The notes: generated by a model from the sequence alone, not told the origin. 64,000 bases of DNA from Geopsychrobacteraceae bacterium (GCA_963662315.1 OY759353.1:1856001-1920000); one strand, 5' to 3'. Counted from the first letter of the stretch, positions 50,552 to 60,800 are shown. Translations and numbers: made by a program.

Positions 50552-51345
50552 GACAGGCTCCCGTAGCTCTTGCCTTTGGGCTCAATCTTCACTTCAACAC
50601 GGTTGAGGATCAGCAGCAGGCTGTAGGAGATCAGAAAGTAAAGGATGGCGACCATCACCAGCGGAAAAAAAGCGTCAAAGGTACGGCTGCGGATGATGTC
50701 GCCAGCTTTAGTCAGATCCTGCACGGCAATATAGCCGACAATGGAGGTCATTTTGACCAGGCTGATCATCTCCCCCTTATAAACCGGCAGGATATGGCGC
50801 AGGGCCTGGGGCGCGACGATAAAGCAAAACGTCTGTACCCGGCTGAAGCCCATGGCGATACCAGCTTCCGTCTGCCCTTTATCAACCGCTGCTATGCCAC
50901 TGCGATACATCTCCGAGACATAGGCGGCGAAATTGACGCCAAAGGCCAGAATGCTCACCAGCAGCGGATCAATATTGACCGCTGCAAAAATGACGTAGAA
51001 GGTCAGCATCAGCAGCACCAGGATCGGTGTTCCGCGGACCAGGCCGATCAGCGCCTTGGCCGGCAGCTGCAGCCAGGGAGAACGCTGCATGCGCAACCAG
51101 GCGATAACTGCCCCCAGCAGCGTGCCGAAGATAATCGCAAAGACAGAGATCAGAGCCGTCGTTTTTAGCCCGTCGACTATGATCAGATAGCGGTCTTCAT
51201 AAATAATGTTGCTGTAAAAACTGTCTGTCAGCGCGCCCCAAATTGATGATTCCTGCGCTGCCACAGAAGGTGCAGTCAAGCCGCCAGTTATCAGAATCGC
51301 ACTCAGAAATACAGCAACACAGAAGGCTTGTCGCAGTCGTTGCAT
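50548..51345 (-). CDS. Polar amino acid ABC permease
   Basis: [24 protein letters not shown]...MG, PQA, K.TS; ATG 51345 follows GGGAG. Confidence 0.9.
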   Translation of the reverse strand: MQRLRQAFCVAVFLSAILITGGLTAPSVAAQESSIWGALTDSFYSNIIYEDRYLIIVDGLKTTALISVFAIIFGTLLGAVIAWLRMQRSPWLQLPAKALIGLVRGTPILVLLMLTFYVIFAAVNIDPLLVSILAFGVNFAAYVSEMYRSGIAAVDKGQTEAGIAMGFSRVQTFCFIVAPQALRHILPVYKGEMISLVKMTSIVGYIAVQDLTKAGDIIRSRTFDAFFPLVMVAILYFLISYSLLLILNRVEVKIEPKGKSYGSLS

Positions 51346-51376
51346 TTGGTCTCCCTGGTGAAGAAAGGTAAACATG

Positions 51377-52975
51377 TTAAAGCGTGTCGGCCGTTGCGTG
51401 GCCAACATTGCGGGCCAACTGGTGAATGTTCCAAACGATGCGTTCAAACAGCTGCGTCACCCGCAGCAGCACAGCCTGACTGTCGCTCGTTGTCATTCGC
51501 GCTGAATCGCGTCGCGCCTGGCGCAGCCCCTTCATGATGCCACCGCGATCCAGAGTAAGTTCCAGCAGGGTCTGCACCTTGTCGTGGTCAGCCGCGCGCA
51601 GTAGGTCTTCGCACAGCCCAACAAGCAGGTCCAGACTTTCGGCAAAGGTTGCATAAAGCGAGCTGTGACGTTCCAGCTCCGGCAAACGTTCAACCAGTTC
51701 GTAGAGCTGTTCTTCCAGTTGTCCCAGCAGTTCGATCTCGGTTTTCAGATGGAGGATTGCTTCGCTTGACTCTGCCGATAGAGGTTGCTCCAGGCATTCT
51801 TCGACAAAATATTCAATTTCTCCCCGCAGCAGGGCAAAGGACTGGTGGCGTTCCACAAGCTCCAGTTTGATGGTGGGTCCCTGCGGTCGATGCAGGTGGC
51901 CAAGGTAGGGGCTAAAATGTTCCAGCAGACGGTGTTGTTCGTTACGAATCAGCTCGGGAAGTTCGGCCCCGTTGCCCGGCTCGACATGCAGCAGGTGCAC
52001 CAGCCGGGTCCATTCTTCCTGTGGCCGGGCCGGCCAGTAGCGCTGCAGCAGCGAGACCAGCAGTGACAGGCCCAGTGACAGTAGAATGGCGGCGCTATAG
52101 TTGAGCAGCAGATAAACAAGGGTCAGCTGAAACTCTAGCTTTGCAGCAAAACTTGTTGCCAGCGCTTTAACCAGTGGCATGCCCGCATACACTTCAAGAT
52201 AGAACAGCGGTAGCAGCACGACGACGGCAAACAGATTGAAGACCACCTGCCCCATGACCAGTTGCTTGGGGCTACCACGCAGGTGGCTTGACAGAACCCA
52301 GGTCAGCAGACTGCTGCCAGCATTGGCACCATAGATGATCATAATGGTCTGATTGATGTTCAGCACGCCGGATGTGGTCATGGTGATGGCCAGAATGGTA
52401 ATGGCTGTCGAAGACTGACAGATCATCGTTAACAGGGCACCGATGAGCAGCGCCAGTAAATACGAATCCGCGGCACCGGCCATCAGCTCGCCAAACCAGG
52501 GCTGTTGTGCAAAAGGAGCCGCACCCGCCTGCAGCATCTGCAGACCGAATAATAGCAGGGCCAGTCCGAACAGCAGCCGCAACTGCTTGCGGTAGCGCTC
52601 CAGGCCAGAAAAAATCAGCGCAACGCCACAGACTCCCAGCACATACAGGGTCACGAGGTCAACCTTCAGGAAGGCCACGAACACCAGCATGCCAATCCCG
52701 GCGTTGCCCCAGAGAATAACCGTGAGCGCATTGCGTACCTGCAGCAACCCGCTGGCGACCATGCCTGACATCAGCAGCGATAGCCCGCTCATCGACTGAA
52801 ACAAGGCGCCCATGATAAAGCCGGTGACCCCGCTGTACCATGGATTCTGCGCCCTAAGTGACAGCATCCGGCGTAACTTGCGGCCGCTCAGGTCCTGCAG
52901 CGCAGTCGTCAGTACCCCAGCACCGAAAAAGAACAGCCCCAGACCGGCCAGAATTTTGCCAATGGCTAACACCAT
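51377..52975 (-). CDS. Na/Pi cotransporter family protein with PhoU-like helical tail
   Basis: GLGLFFFG, QSMS and QSST repeats, GANAGS; C-terminal FERI. Confidence 0.85.
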   Translation of the reverse strand: MVLAIGKILAGLGLFFFGAGVLTTALQDLSGRKLRRMLSLRAQNPWYSGVTGFIMGALFQSMSGLSLLMSGMVASGLLQVRNALTVILWGNAGIGMLVFVAFLKVDLVTLYVLGVCGVALIFSGLERYRKQLRLLFGLALLLFGLQMLQAGAAPFAQQPWFGELMAGAADSYLLALLIGALLTMICQSSTAITILAITMTTSGVLNINQTIMIIYGANAGSSLLTWVLSSHLRGSPKQLVMGQVVFNLFAVVVLLPLFYLEVYAGMPLVKALATSFAAKLEFQLTLVYLLLNYSAAILLSLGLSLLVSLLQRYWPARPQEEWTRLVHLLHVEPGNGAELPELIRNEQHRLLEHFSPYLGHLHRPQGPTIKLELVERHQSFALLRGEIEYFVEECLEQPLSAESSEAILHLKTEIELLGQLEEQLYELVERLPELERHSSLYATFAESLDLLVGLCEDLLRAADHDKVQTLLELTLDRGGIMKGLRQARRDSARMTTSDSQAVLLRVTQLFERIVWNIHQLARNVGHATADTL

Positions 52976-53023
52976 AGCTTCAGCCGCTAGCGCCGTGGCA
53001 ATATGGCTGTGCGGTCGGCAGCA

Positions 53024-53812
53024 TCATTGCCGCACCAACGCAGCGATACCACCTACATAATAAGGGGAGGAAAACAGAACCTTCTGCTTGCGTTCTTCCG
53101 AAATAGTGATACATGCCCCGATCATGTCGACCTTGTTGCTCATCAGTGCCGGAATCAGCCCGCCGAAATCCATGTCGACAACCTCCAGCGTCATCCCCAA
53201 CTGACGGGCAACGTAGTGAGCGAGTTCCAGATCGAAACCAACAACCGCCTGGCCCGGTCCGACAAAGGAAAATGGCTCGGTAACAGCGGCTGTTCCGAAG
53301 CGCAGGATACCGTTGCTTCCAGACAAGGGAATTTGCGGCATTGGTGCGGGAGCACCTTGTTCAGGAAGCCAGCGCTTGAGCATCTGGTCATAAGTTCCGT
53401 CCTGCTTCAGCGTCGCCAGAACCTGGTCGATCGCCTGCTGCAGAGTCTCTTCTCCCTTGCGCACGGCAAACCCGTAATTGTCGACGGTAATCATGCCGGG
53501 GAGCACCTTCAGCCCTTCATTTTTGGCGGCGATATTGCGCAGAATCGGCTCATCATAAGCCGCCGCATCGGCCTTCCCGTTTTTGACGGCAAGACAACCA
53601 TCAAGGACACTGTTGTAGTATTGAAATTTGGCCTGAGGGTATTTGCTCTGCACCAGCTGATCGGCGATGGTCCCTGTAGGAACGGCAAATTCCTTGTCTG
53701 CCAGCTGATCCAGGCTGATTACGGTTTCGCGCTGACTGCAGGCGCTGAACAGAAACAGCACGACCAGCAGGTAAACCGTCGGCCACACGACATTTTTTAC
53801 TTTGTTCAACAT
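53024..53812 (-). CDS. Family-3 amino acid binding lipoprotein, circularly permuted
   Basis: Lipobox FSAC; SLDQL..K..AV..GT...YGFAVRKG...KRW precedes LRFGT...GFDLELA...ITISEER...FSSPYY. Confidence 0.85.
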   Translation of the reverse strand: MLNKVKNVVWPTVYLLVVLFLFSACSQRETVISLDQLADKEFAVPTGTIADQLVQSKYPQAKFQYYNSVLDGCLAVKNGKADAAAYDEPILRNIAAKNEGLKVLPGMITVDNYGFAVRKGEETLQQAIDQVLATLKQDGTYDQMLKRWLPEQGAPAPMPQIPLSGSNGILRFGTAAVTEPFSFVGPGQAVVGFDLELAHYVARQLGMTLEVVDMDFGGLIPALMSNKVDMIGACITISEERKQKVLFSSPYYVGGIAALVRQ

Positions 53813-53842
53813 GGTTGTATTCCTTCCATTTTGTGATTGTTC

Positions 53843-55525
53843 TCAGTGCTCAAATTTAAATACAACTTCGCTTTTGCCGCTCTTTCGGCGCACCTTGATA
53901 TCGTCGGCATAAAACTTGACTAAAAAACCTGCCAACCGGCGGTGCGCATCGTCCGATTCCAACAGTTCCTCCGGGGTCGGCTGGCGAGCGTCCAGGAGCA
54001 GACTCTCCCCGTCATGGGTGAGCACCAGACCTAGCTGCAACTCGTCGAAAGTCGCTTCAAGCCTGACATCCCCCTCCGGGGCTAAACCATCAAGATACTG
54101 GCTGACGGCCGAAGCGGCCTGCCTGAGCACCTCTGGTCTGGCGCCCCATTGCCCGCCCTGGTTACCGAAAAAGTCAAACACCTGCTGGCTGATATCTTCG
54201 TTGTGGTCAATCACCACAGTTGCGCGCAGATGGATCCCGATCCGGAAAATCAGGTTAAGAATTACAGCGGAGAGAGCTCCGACCGAGAGCGACGAAGAGA
54301 AGACCACTCTAAGAAGGGGCGGCAAAGGCATAAAGGCTTCGGGGACCATGTCGGCCAATAAAGAGAAGATCAGGGACAGGCCAATAACAAAGGTCTTGCG
54401 GCTGTCGCTCATGCGTGACATGACAATCTGCATCCCGGCGACAATCATGAAGCTGACGGCAAAAATCAGGGTTGCTCCGACAACCGGACGCGGCATGACC
54501 GCCAGAACAAAACCAAGCTTCGGGAAAAAGGCCAGCGCAATCAGGATAGCGGCAATGAAATAGGAAATTCTACGGCTGGTCGCACCGGTGGCAATTGACA
54601 GGCCGATGTTGGCCGATGAACTCGACTGCCCCATGCCGCCAACCACACCCGCAGCCAGACACCCAACAGCATCGGCCAGAATTCCGCGGCGAATGTTCTG
54701 CATATCCGGTCGCTTCCAGCTGCTATCATTGATTTTCTGGCAGGTCGTCAAATCTCCCACTGTTTTCAGGGACGAGCAGAGAACGGCAATCAACAGCGGC
54801 AGCGCCAGGCTGATATCAAATGCCCAGCCGGGGTGATACTGGAAAGGAATCCAGAACAGCGGACCAGCTGTAGCCATTTTGAGGTCGTTAACAGTTAAAG
54901 CACCAAAGGCAACGGCAATTAGATAACCGGACACCATGCCGATCAACACGCAGAACAGCTTCAACTTGCCTTTGGTCCAAACATTCAACGCCACCATGAT
55001 CGATAGCGTCAGTCCACCAACCCAGAGGGATTGGGGGTTGATGCGCAGCTCCTGGTCGAGGCCCAAAAAGCTACTCCCCGCAACCTTGATCACGGTGATA
55101 CCGACCAGAGAAATAATCAGCCCGGTCACCTCGGCCGGAAACAGAAAACGCAAACGATGAAGTACCCGTGAGAAAAGCGCCTCAAGCAGCCCGGCGAACA
55201 GGTTCAGCCCAAACACAAGAGGCAGACCACCGGTCTTGGCGGCAATGATTGAGGTCGCCAGAAAGGAAGGTCCGCAAACCTGAGGGCAGAGGTAGCCACT
55301 GCCAATACGGGGCAGCGCTTGCACCAAAACACCGATTCCACCGGCCAGCATCGACATGCTGACCATAAATGCGGCCTGCTCAGTTGTTCCGCCGATTTCA
55401 CGCACCAGCATGACGGGAAAGACAAAGGCAATGGCAATGACCGAGACATGCTGCAAACCCAGAAAAACGCCGATAATTGACGGAATCCTGTCGTTCAGTG
55501 CGTAAATGATGTTGGAGGGTCGCAT
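53843..55525 (-). CDS. NCS2 xanthine/uracil permease with ~130-aa C-terminal extension
   Basis: GLQH, GPSF, FPAEVTG, GILAD, NIGL...TG..SR, MPRPVVGA, LNLIF. Confidence 0.88.
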   Translation of the reverse strand: MRPSNIIYALNDRIPSIIGVFLGLQHVSVIAIAFVFPVMLVREIGGTTEQAAFMVSMSMLAGGIGVLVQALPRIGSGYLCPQVCGPSFLATSIIAAKTGGLPLVFGLNLFAGLLEALFSRVLHRLRFLFPAEVTGLIISLVGITVIKVAGSSFLGLDQELRINPQSLWVGGLTLSIMVALNVWTKGKLKLFCVLIGMVSGYLIAVAFGALTVNDLKMATAGPLFWIPFQYHPGWAFDISLALPLLIAVLCSSLKTVGDLTTCQKINDSSWKRPDMQNIRRGILADAVGCLAAGVVGGMGQSSSSANIGLSIATGATSRRISYFIAAILIALAFFPKLGFVLAVMPRPVVGATLIFAVSFMIVAGMQIVMSRMSDSRKTFVIGLSLIFSLLADMVPEAFMPLPPLLRVVFSSSLSVGALSAVILNLIFRIGIHLRATVVIDHNEDISQQVFDFFGNQGGQWGARPEVLRQAASAVSQYLDGLAPEGDVRLEATFDELQLGLVLTHDGESLLLDARQPTPEELLESDDAHRRLAGFLVKFYADDIKVRRKSGKSEVVFKFEH

Positions 55526-55746
55526 GGCAGATTATCCTTATGCACGTGGTACGAACGGTCACAACGAGTGAATTTTCTCCTTGCACTGCAACGTAAAATG
55601 ACAAAGTCGAACGAAAGTCGCCCTATTGGAAATTTTTATTAAATTTTTTCTAAAAATACCGGACTCCGGACGACTTTTATTTGACTTTGTCCCTGTAGAG
55701 TTTGTGCCAAACAGGATGAAGAACATATGCTCAAAAGGAGATAACG

Positions 55747-56421
55747 ATGACAGACAAGACGTTGTTGAAAATTTTTCTGATTTTACTTTTTTCTTTAGCT
55801 CCGCTGATCGCTTCCGCAGACACCTTTCAGGGGCCATTTACCCAACTGGGTATCTCCGTTTCCAAGACCAAAACGCAGGTCGATTTCCCCAATTGGTTTC
55901 GCACCGATATTGACGACACCAGCGTCAACGGCAAAGTGACCGCCGGCTACGCCCACAACTTCGGCCGCTTTGCCCTAGCCGGGCAGCTTTACTATACCCT
56001 GGGCAAGCAGGAGTCCGGCAGCACCACCCAGCGCTATCATGAGAGCGAAGAGGTCAGCACCCTGTCCTTTGAGCTCAACAACAGCTGGGGAATCGAGCTG
56101 CAACCGGGGATCGTTTTTAACGACACGACCCTGATCTATCTGAGTATCGGCTATGCCCGTACAACCGGCGAATGGGTGCTGACCCGTCCCTATTATCAGG
56201 ATCACTATTCCGACCACGTCGATTTTGACGGCTACAGTCTGGGTGCAGGCATCAAGCAGCAGCTGACATACATCAGCCCTCACCTGTATGCTTTTGCCGA
56301 GGTTCAGAAAACCTGGTACGAAGAAGAGGCCGCACCGGCAACCATTGCACAAAGCTCATTTGTCGATTACTACAAACCAGAGCTGTTACAGGCCACAATC
56401 GGCATCGGCTGGCACTTTTAA
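55747..56421 (+). CDS. Outer-membrane beta-barrel protein (8-stranded, OmpA-TM-like)
   Basis: Signal peptide, amphipathic strands, terminal IGIGWHF. Confidence 0.8.
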   Translation: MTDKTLLKIFLILLFSLAPLIASADTFQGPFTQLGISVSKTKTQVDFPNWFRTDIDDTSVNGKVTAGYAHNFGRFALAGQLYYTLGKQESGSTTQRYHESEEVSTLSFELNNSWGIELQPGIVFNDTTLIYLSIGYARTTGEWVLTRPYYQDHYSDHVDFDGYSLGAGIKQQLTYISPHLYAFAEVQKTWYEEEAAPATIAQSSFVDYYKPELLQATIGIGWHF

Positions 56422-56704
56422 TGGTTTTCAAAAAGTCTGTTTACGCGTGGAGGATTGTCGGAGTCTCCACACATTGAGAAACGCAAGAGTTTTTAAAAAT
56501 TGGGTTGAGTGAAATGGGACTCAAATACGTAGAAAGATCTATAATTTCGTAAGTTTTATGACAAATGCCCCAGGACATGTCCAGGGGCATGACTGCTTCA
56601 AATTGCGGACCTGTTCAAACACATAAGCCGTCGATATAGAGCCAACAGCTTTGACCTTTCATAGATTTTTTATATGATTTTTATTAATTATTGACCAATC
56701 TTTT

Positions 56705-57415
56705 ATGATCAAGCAGAGTTACGCCATGAACTATTTTGATATGCTGAAAAATATGACTGTCCTGCTGGCAGATGACGATACGATCTTTCGTGACAGTCTG
56801 AGTAACAGTCTGAATGTCTTTGTCGAGCGAGTCATTACTGTTGCTGACGGCAGGGCTGCCCTTGAACGGTTTGCCAGCGGGGTTGCGGATATCGTTATTC
56901 TTGATATTAGCATGCCGCTCCTGAACGGTCTTGATGTTGCCAGAAAAATTAGAGAGAAGGACAGTGTTACACCGCTGTTTATCATCACCTCCTTCAACGA
57001 TACAGAATACTTAAGAAATGCTATACCACTGCAATTGGTCGAGTACCTGATTAAACCATTGACTTTCGACCAGCTGCAGAATGCCCTGATCAAATGCGTC
57101 AAGTACCTGGAAAAGCAAGGGAAGCTATCCTACAGTATCAATCAGCAGACCAGCTACAACAAACTTTCTGGCGAATTAAAGGTTGATGGGGGTACTCCCG
57201 TTGTCCTTCCGAAACGGGAGAAACTGCTGCTGGATCTGTTGCTGCAGAATAGAAATCGCCTGCTGGAAAAAAGCTTCCTTGAAGATTATCTCTTTGAATT
57301 CGATTGTACGGACACTTCGCTTAAAAACCTCATTTACCGCCTCAAAAAAAAACTTCCGGCAGAACAGATCATAAATGTCCGCGATCTGGGTTACATGTTT
57401 GTCGATGGCAAATAA
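56705..57415 (+). CDS. OmpR-type response regulator
   Basis: LLADDD, DISMP, YLIKP; winged helix LIYRLKKKL...NVRDLGY. Confidence 0.92.
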   Translation: MIKQSYAMNYFDMLKNMTVLLADDDTIFRDSLSNSLNVFVERVITVADGRAALERFASGVADIVILDISMPLLNGLDVARKIREKDSVTPLFIITSFNDTEYLRNAIPLQLVEYLIKPLTFDQLQNALIKCVKYLEKQGKLSYSINQQTSYNKLSGELKVDGGTPVVLPKREKLLLDLLLQNRNRLLEKSFLEDYLFEFDCTDTSLKNLIYRLKKKLPAEQIINVRDLGYMFVDGK

Positions 57416-59315
57416 TGCGCTAAAACAGCTTTCAATCGCCTTCCTCATGGTGCTGCTTGCCTTCTCTGTTGCACAAGCTGCATTGTCATTGGATCATAAA
57501 ATATCTGAAGTTGTGATCGACACTGCCCAATTGGACGTCTATGTCGATAAAACAGATAATACCCCGGCAGCCGAGGTTCTGAGTCGACAGGATCGCTATT
57601 TTACCAAGGAAGAAACAAGTACTTATCCCTTCTCCAATGCCACGGTCTGGACCCGGACCCATTTGATCAATGTCACTGATGAGCCGTTACAATTTTACCT
57701 GCTCAACGATTTTGTCGCCCATGATCAGGTTGACATCTACCTCATCTCCGGCGGCCAGGTGGTCGCCAGCTATCTGTTCGGAGATACGAGACCGGTGAAT
57801 AGCGAAGAGGTGCTCAACCGCTTTGCCAATGCTCCCATCAGGCTTGCTGCCCATGAAACGCTCGAGGTTGTGGCGCGCTATCATTCGACATCACCAGTCC
57901 ATATCAAGACGCTTTTGCTGAGCAAAAAAGGCTATGCACGCTTTGCCATCATGGATCTGTCGATCTGGGGAATCTTCATCGGCACTATTCTGGCGTTGGC
58001 TATTTACAACCTGATGATGTTCATTTCACTGAAGAATGTTGCGTTTCTCTATTACGTCCTCAACTGTTCAACAAACCTCTATAATACCCTGACCAGTTCA
58101 GGGCATATTTACGCCTGGCTAAGCCCCTTTCTGCCCTTGTCTCTGTTGAATCTCAGCTACAACAAAATAGCACCATCCCTTGGCATAATTTTCATGTGCC
58201 TGTTCATTATCAGTTTCTTCGAGCTGAAAAAAACCAGCCGCTGGCTCTACCGAATGAACCAGGCGAACGGAGCAATCGCAGCAATACTTTTACTGTCTCT
58301 ACCTTTTCTCTATTTCAGCGGAAACATACTGATATATAGCCGCCTGTCCTCTGTGCTTTTACCGCTGTCACTTTTGATTATGCTTGTTTCCGCCATCGCC
58401 ATTGCCTGGAAAAAGTTGTTCGGCGGTATTTATTTCCTGCTCGGAGCCGGTCTCTTTTTTATCGCAACACTCTGCTATATTTTTTACTTCGTTGGGTTCG
58501 TCGATTTCTCCAGTTCGATTACCTACGCCCTGCCGCTGAGCCGGGCCGCTGAAGCGATCCTCTTTTCCATGGCTTTGGGCAAGAAGATCAAACAGATCGA
58601 GGCCGAACGCCTGGAAAATGCTTTTTTGGTTGAGCAGAGTAACAAATTCAATTCGACAAGCTCACTGCTGGCAGGAATTCTTCATCAGTTCAAGCAGCCG
58701 CTGATCTATCTCGGAGCCGAGCTGCTGAATCTGCGGACCGAACGCTTTAGAAACGGAGCCACAGACAGTAAAACGGAACAGAGTCTTGGCCACATGGAGG
58801 GTCAGGTTGCGACAATGAATGGTCTGGTCGGGAATTTTTACAATTTCTACGCCCAGGAAGCTGGTGAGGATGAATTTTCCCTCGCCGGTGCTGTCGCTAA
58901 AGTCTGTAATTTGCTGGAAGCGTCTTTTAAAGCTTATGGGATCAGCGTACATGTGACATGCGCCGAGACCCGCGTTCATTCAAGTGAAAAGGCGCTGACT
59001 CAGGTGATGATGATTGTGCTGGAAAACGCCATAGAAGTCCTGGTGGAGCGCAAGGTTCAGCAACCAACCATCTGGATTGATGGTCAGCAAGACGAACAGG
59101 TAGTACTGCGCATCTGTGACAATGCTGGGGGCGTCAAACCGGAACATATCGACAAGGTTTTTAATCTTCATTATAGCCGCAAACAAAAATGCGGCCTTGG
59201 GATTGGCTTGGCCCTGGCCAAAAAGCTCGCAGAGACCAGACTCAACGGCAATCTTAGCATCTGTAACGATTCACAGGGCGCCTGTTTCATATTGGTCTTT
59301 AAGTCGGTAAAATAG
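57405..59315 (+). CDS. 7TM-DISM sensor histidine kinase
   Basis: Periplasmic DISMED2-like region (GDTRP), seven TM with YNL..F, H-box HQFKQPL, DNAGG, GLGIGL; start approximate. Confidence 0.87.
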   Translation: MANNALKQLSIAFLMVLLAFSVAQAALSLDHKISEVVIDTAQLDVYVDKTDNTPAAEVLSRQDRYFTKEETSTYPFSNATVWTRTHLINVTDEPLQFYLLNDFVAHDQVDIYLISGGQVVASYLFGDTRPVNSEEVLNRFANAPIRLAAHETLEVVARYHSTSPVHIKTLLLSKKGYARFAIMDLSIWGIFIGTILALAIYNLMMFISLKNVAFLYYVLNCSTNLYNTLTSSGHIYAWLSPFLPLSLLNLSYNKIAPSLGIIFMCLFIISFFELKKTSRWLYRMNQANGAIAAILLLSLPFLYFSGNILIYSRLSSVLLPLSLLIMLVSAIAIAWKKLFGGIYFLLGAGLFFIATLCYIFYFVGFVDFSSSITYALPLSRAAEAILFSMALGKKIKQIEAERLENAFLVEQSNKFNSTSSLLAGILHQFKQPLIYLGAELLNLRTERFRNGATDSKTEQSLGHMEGQVATMNGLVGNFYNFYAQEAGEDEFSLAGAVAKVCNLLEASFKAYGISVHVTCAETRVHSSEKALTQVMMIVLENAIEVLVERKVQQPTIWIDGQQDEQVVLRICDNAGGVKPEHIDKVFNLHYSRKQKCGLGIGLALAKKLAETRLNGNLSICNDSQGACFILVFKSVK

Positions 59316-59435
59316 AGGGTAAGTAAAATCTTCAGGGACAGATACTCGCTGATTGTTCAGTTTTCCGTAGCGTGACAGATCAGCAAGCAGTTGATTTGAC
59401 ATGCATTTTTCCAGTCATTCTAGCAGGGTCGCTCA

Positions 59436-60782
59436 ATGAAAAAGATTTGGTCGCTTTCCATGATTATCTTCCCCCTGCTGCTGATTCTGTTGCTGCCTAT
59501 CACCGGTTGCGCTCCTCGCCTGACCGATACACAGATAGCCGACCTGCAACGTCTGCCACAGGACCCTGCAGCATATCTTGACCCGGAGACAGCTGACCGG
59601 CCGCTCTTTTCAAAGGAGACCCAGCAGGCACTGGCGGCAGAGCTGCTGGCAAACATTTTCGCTCCCTGGCAGGCGTCGACACCTCTCGAAACAACCCTCA
59701 CCCCTTATTGGGCGGCTGATTGGCTCCGGCAAAATGCCGCCTATGGTATCAACCTGCAACCACTCACCGCAGCAGAGCGCGAGACCCTGATCGCCAGAGC
59801 CGCTCCGGAACACTATCCCAGTCTCGACCGCAACGCGATCAGTCTGCACCGTTGCAACCTTCGGGCATTGCCAACGCGGCACCCCGTGTACAAGGATCCG
59901 GATCGACCGGGGGAGGGATTTCCCTTCGATGTCCTGCAGCATTCGGCCTTAGCAGCCAACAGCCCCCTGCACGTCACGCACCGCTCAAGCGACGGGGACT
60001 GGGTATTTGTCGAAACGGTTCAGAAGTATGGCTGGCTGCCAATGACGGACATTGCCTGGGTTGATGACGCTTTTATGAAACGCTTTCGGACGGGTCACTA
60101 CCTGGCCGTCACGGCTGAACGGGTCGCGGTTACCGATGCCACAGGAACCTTTAGATTTCGGACTGGTATCGGCAGTATTCTGCCAGCCACCGGGGTGAGG
60201 AATGCGGAAATCCTGATCGCTGTCGCAGATGAACAGCGTCAGGCGCAACTGGCTACAGCGCAACTTCCCGCCGGAACGAGTGCCCCTTTCCCATTGCAAC
60301 CGACGCCGCAGCAACTGGCCACCCTAATAGCCCCCTTACTCGGTCAGCCCTACGACTGGGGCGGTCAGTTCGGCCAGCGAGACTGTTCTGCCACCATTCA
60401 GGATCTGTTCGCACCTCTTGGCTTATGGCTGCCGCGGAATTCCTCAAAACAGGCCGAAGTGGGCCGCGTGCAATCCCTGGCCGACGTTCCCTCTGCGCAG
60501 CGGGAAAACCTTTTGCTGAGGGAAGGCGTCCCTTTTCTCACCTTGGTCGCCATGCCCGGTCACATCATGCTTTACCTCGGAGAAGCTGGTGGCCACGCTG
60601 TGCTGCTGCATACCATCTGGGGGTTACGGACCACAAGCATATTGGGGCAGGAAGGTCGCTGGCGGATCGGTAGAACCGTCATCACAACTCTTGAGCCAGG
60701 AAAAGAGAAAAACTCCCTCTCGTATTCGATCACCAGCCTGCGCGATCGACTTACCAGCATGAACCAATTGATTGAAGAGTAG
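59436..60782 (+). CDS. NlpC/P60 peptidoglycan endopeptidase lipoprotein with SH3-like domains
   Basis: Lipobox ITGC; GEGFPFD.LQ.S; GQPYDWGG..RDCS; LPRNS; GHIMLY. Confidence 0.9.
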   Translation: MKKIWSLSMIIFPLLLILLLPITGCAPRLTDTQIADLQRLPQDPAAYLDPETADRPLFSKETQQALAAELLANIFAPWQASTPLETTLTPYWAADWLRQNAAYGINLQPLTAAERETLIARAAPEHYPSLDRNAISLHRCNLRALPTRHPVYKDPDRPGEGFPFDVLQHSALAANSPLHVTHRSSDGDWVFVETVQKYGWLPMTDIAWVDDAFMKRFRTGHYLAVTAERVAVTDATGTFRFRTGIGSILPATGVRNAEILIAVADEQRQAQLATAQLPAGTSAPFPLQPTPQQLATLIAPLLGQPYDWGGQFGQRDCSATIQDLFAPLGLWLPRNSSKQAEVGRVQSLADVPSAQRENLLLREGVPFLTLVAMPGHIMLYLGEAGGHAVLLHTIWGLRTTSILGQEGRWRIGRTVITTLEPGKEKNSLSYSITSLRDRLTSMNQLIEE

Positions 60783-60800
60783 TCTTTTTATCAACAAGCA

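Noticed and set aside
55692..55709. Sigma54 promoter for the transporter cluster (TGGCAC on the minus strand)
   Set aside because: The -12 element reads CTAC rather than TTGC
56565..56590. Near-perfect palindrome ATGCCCC.GGACATGTCC.GGGGCAT as a terminator
   Set aside because: No U-tract on either side; function cannot be assigned
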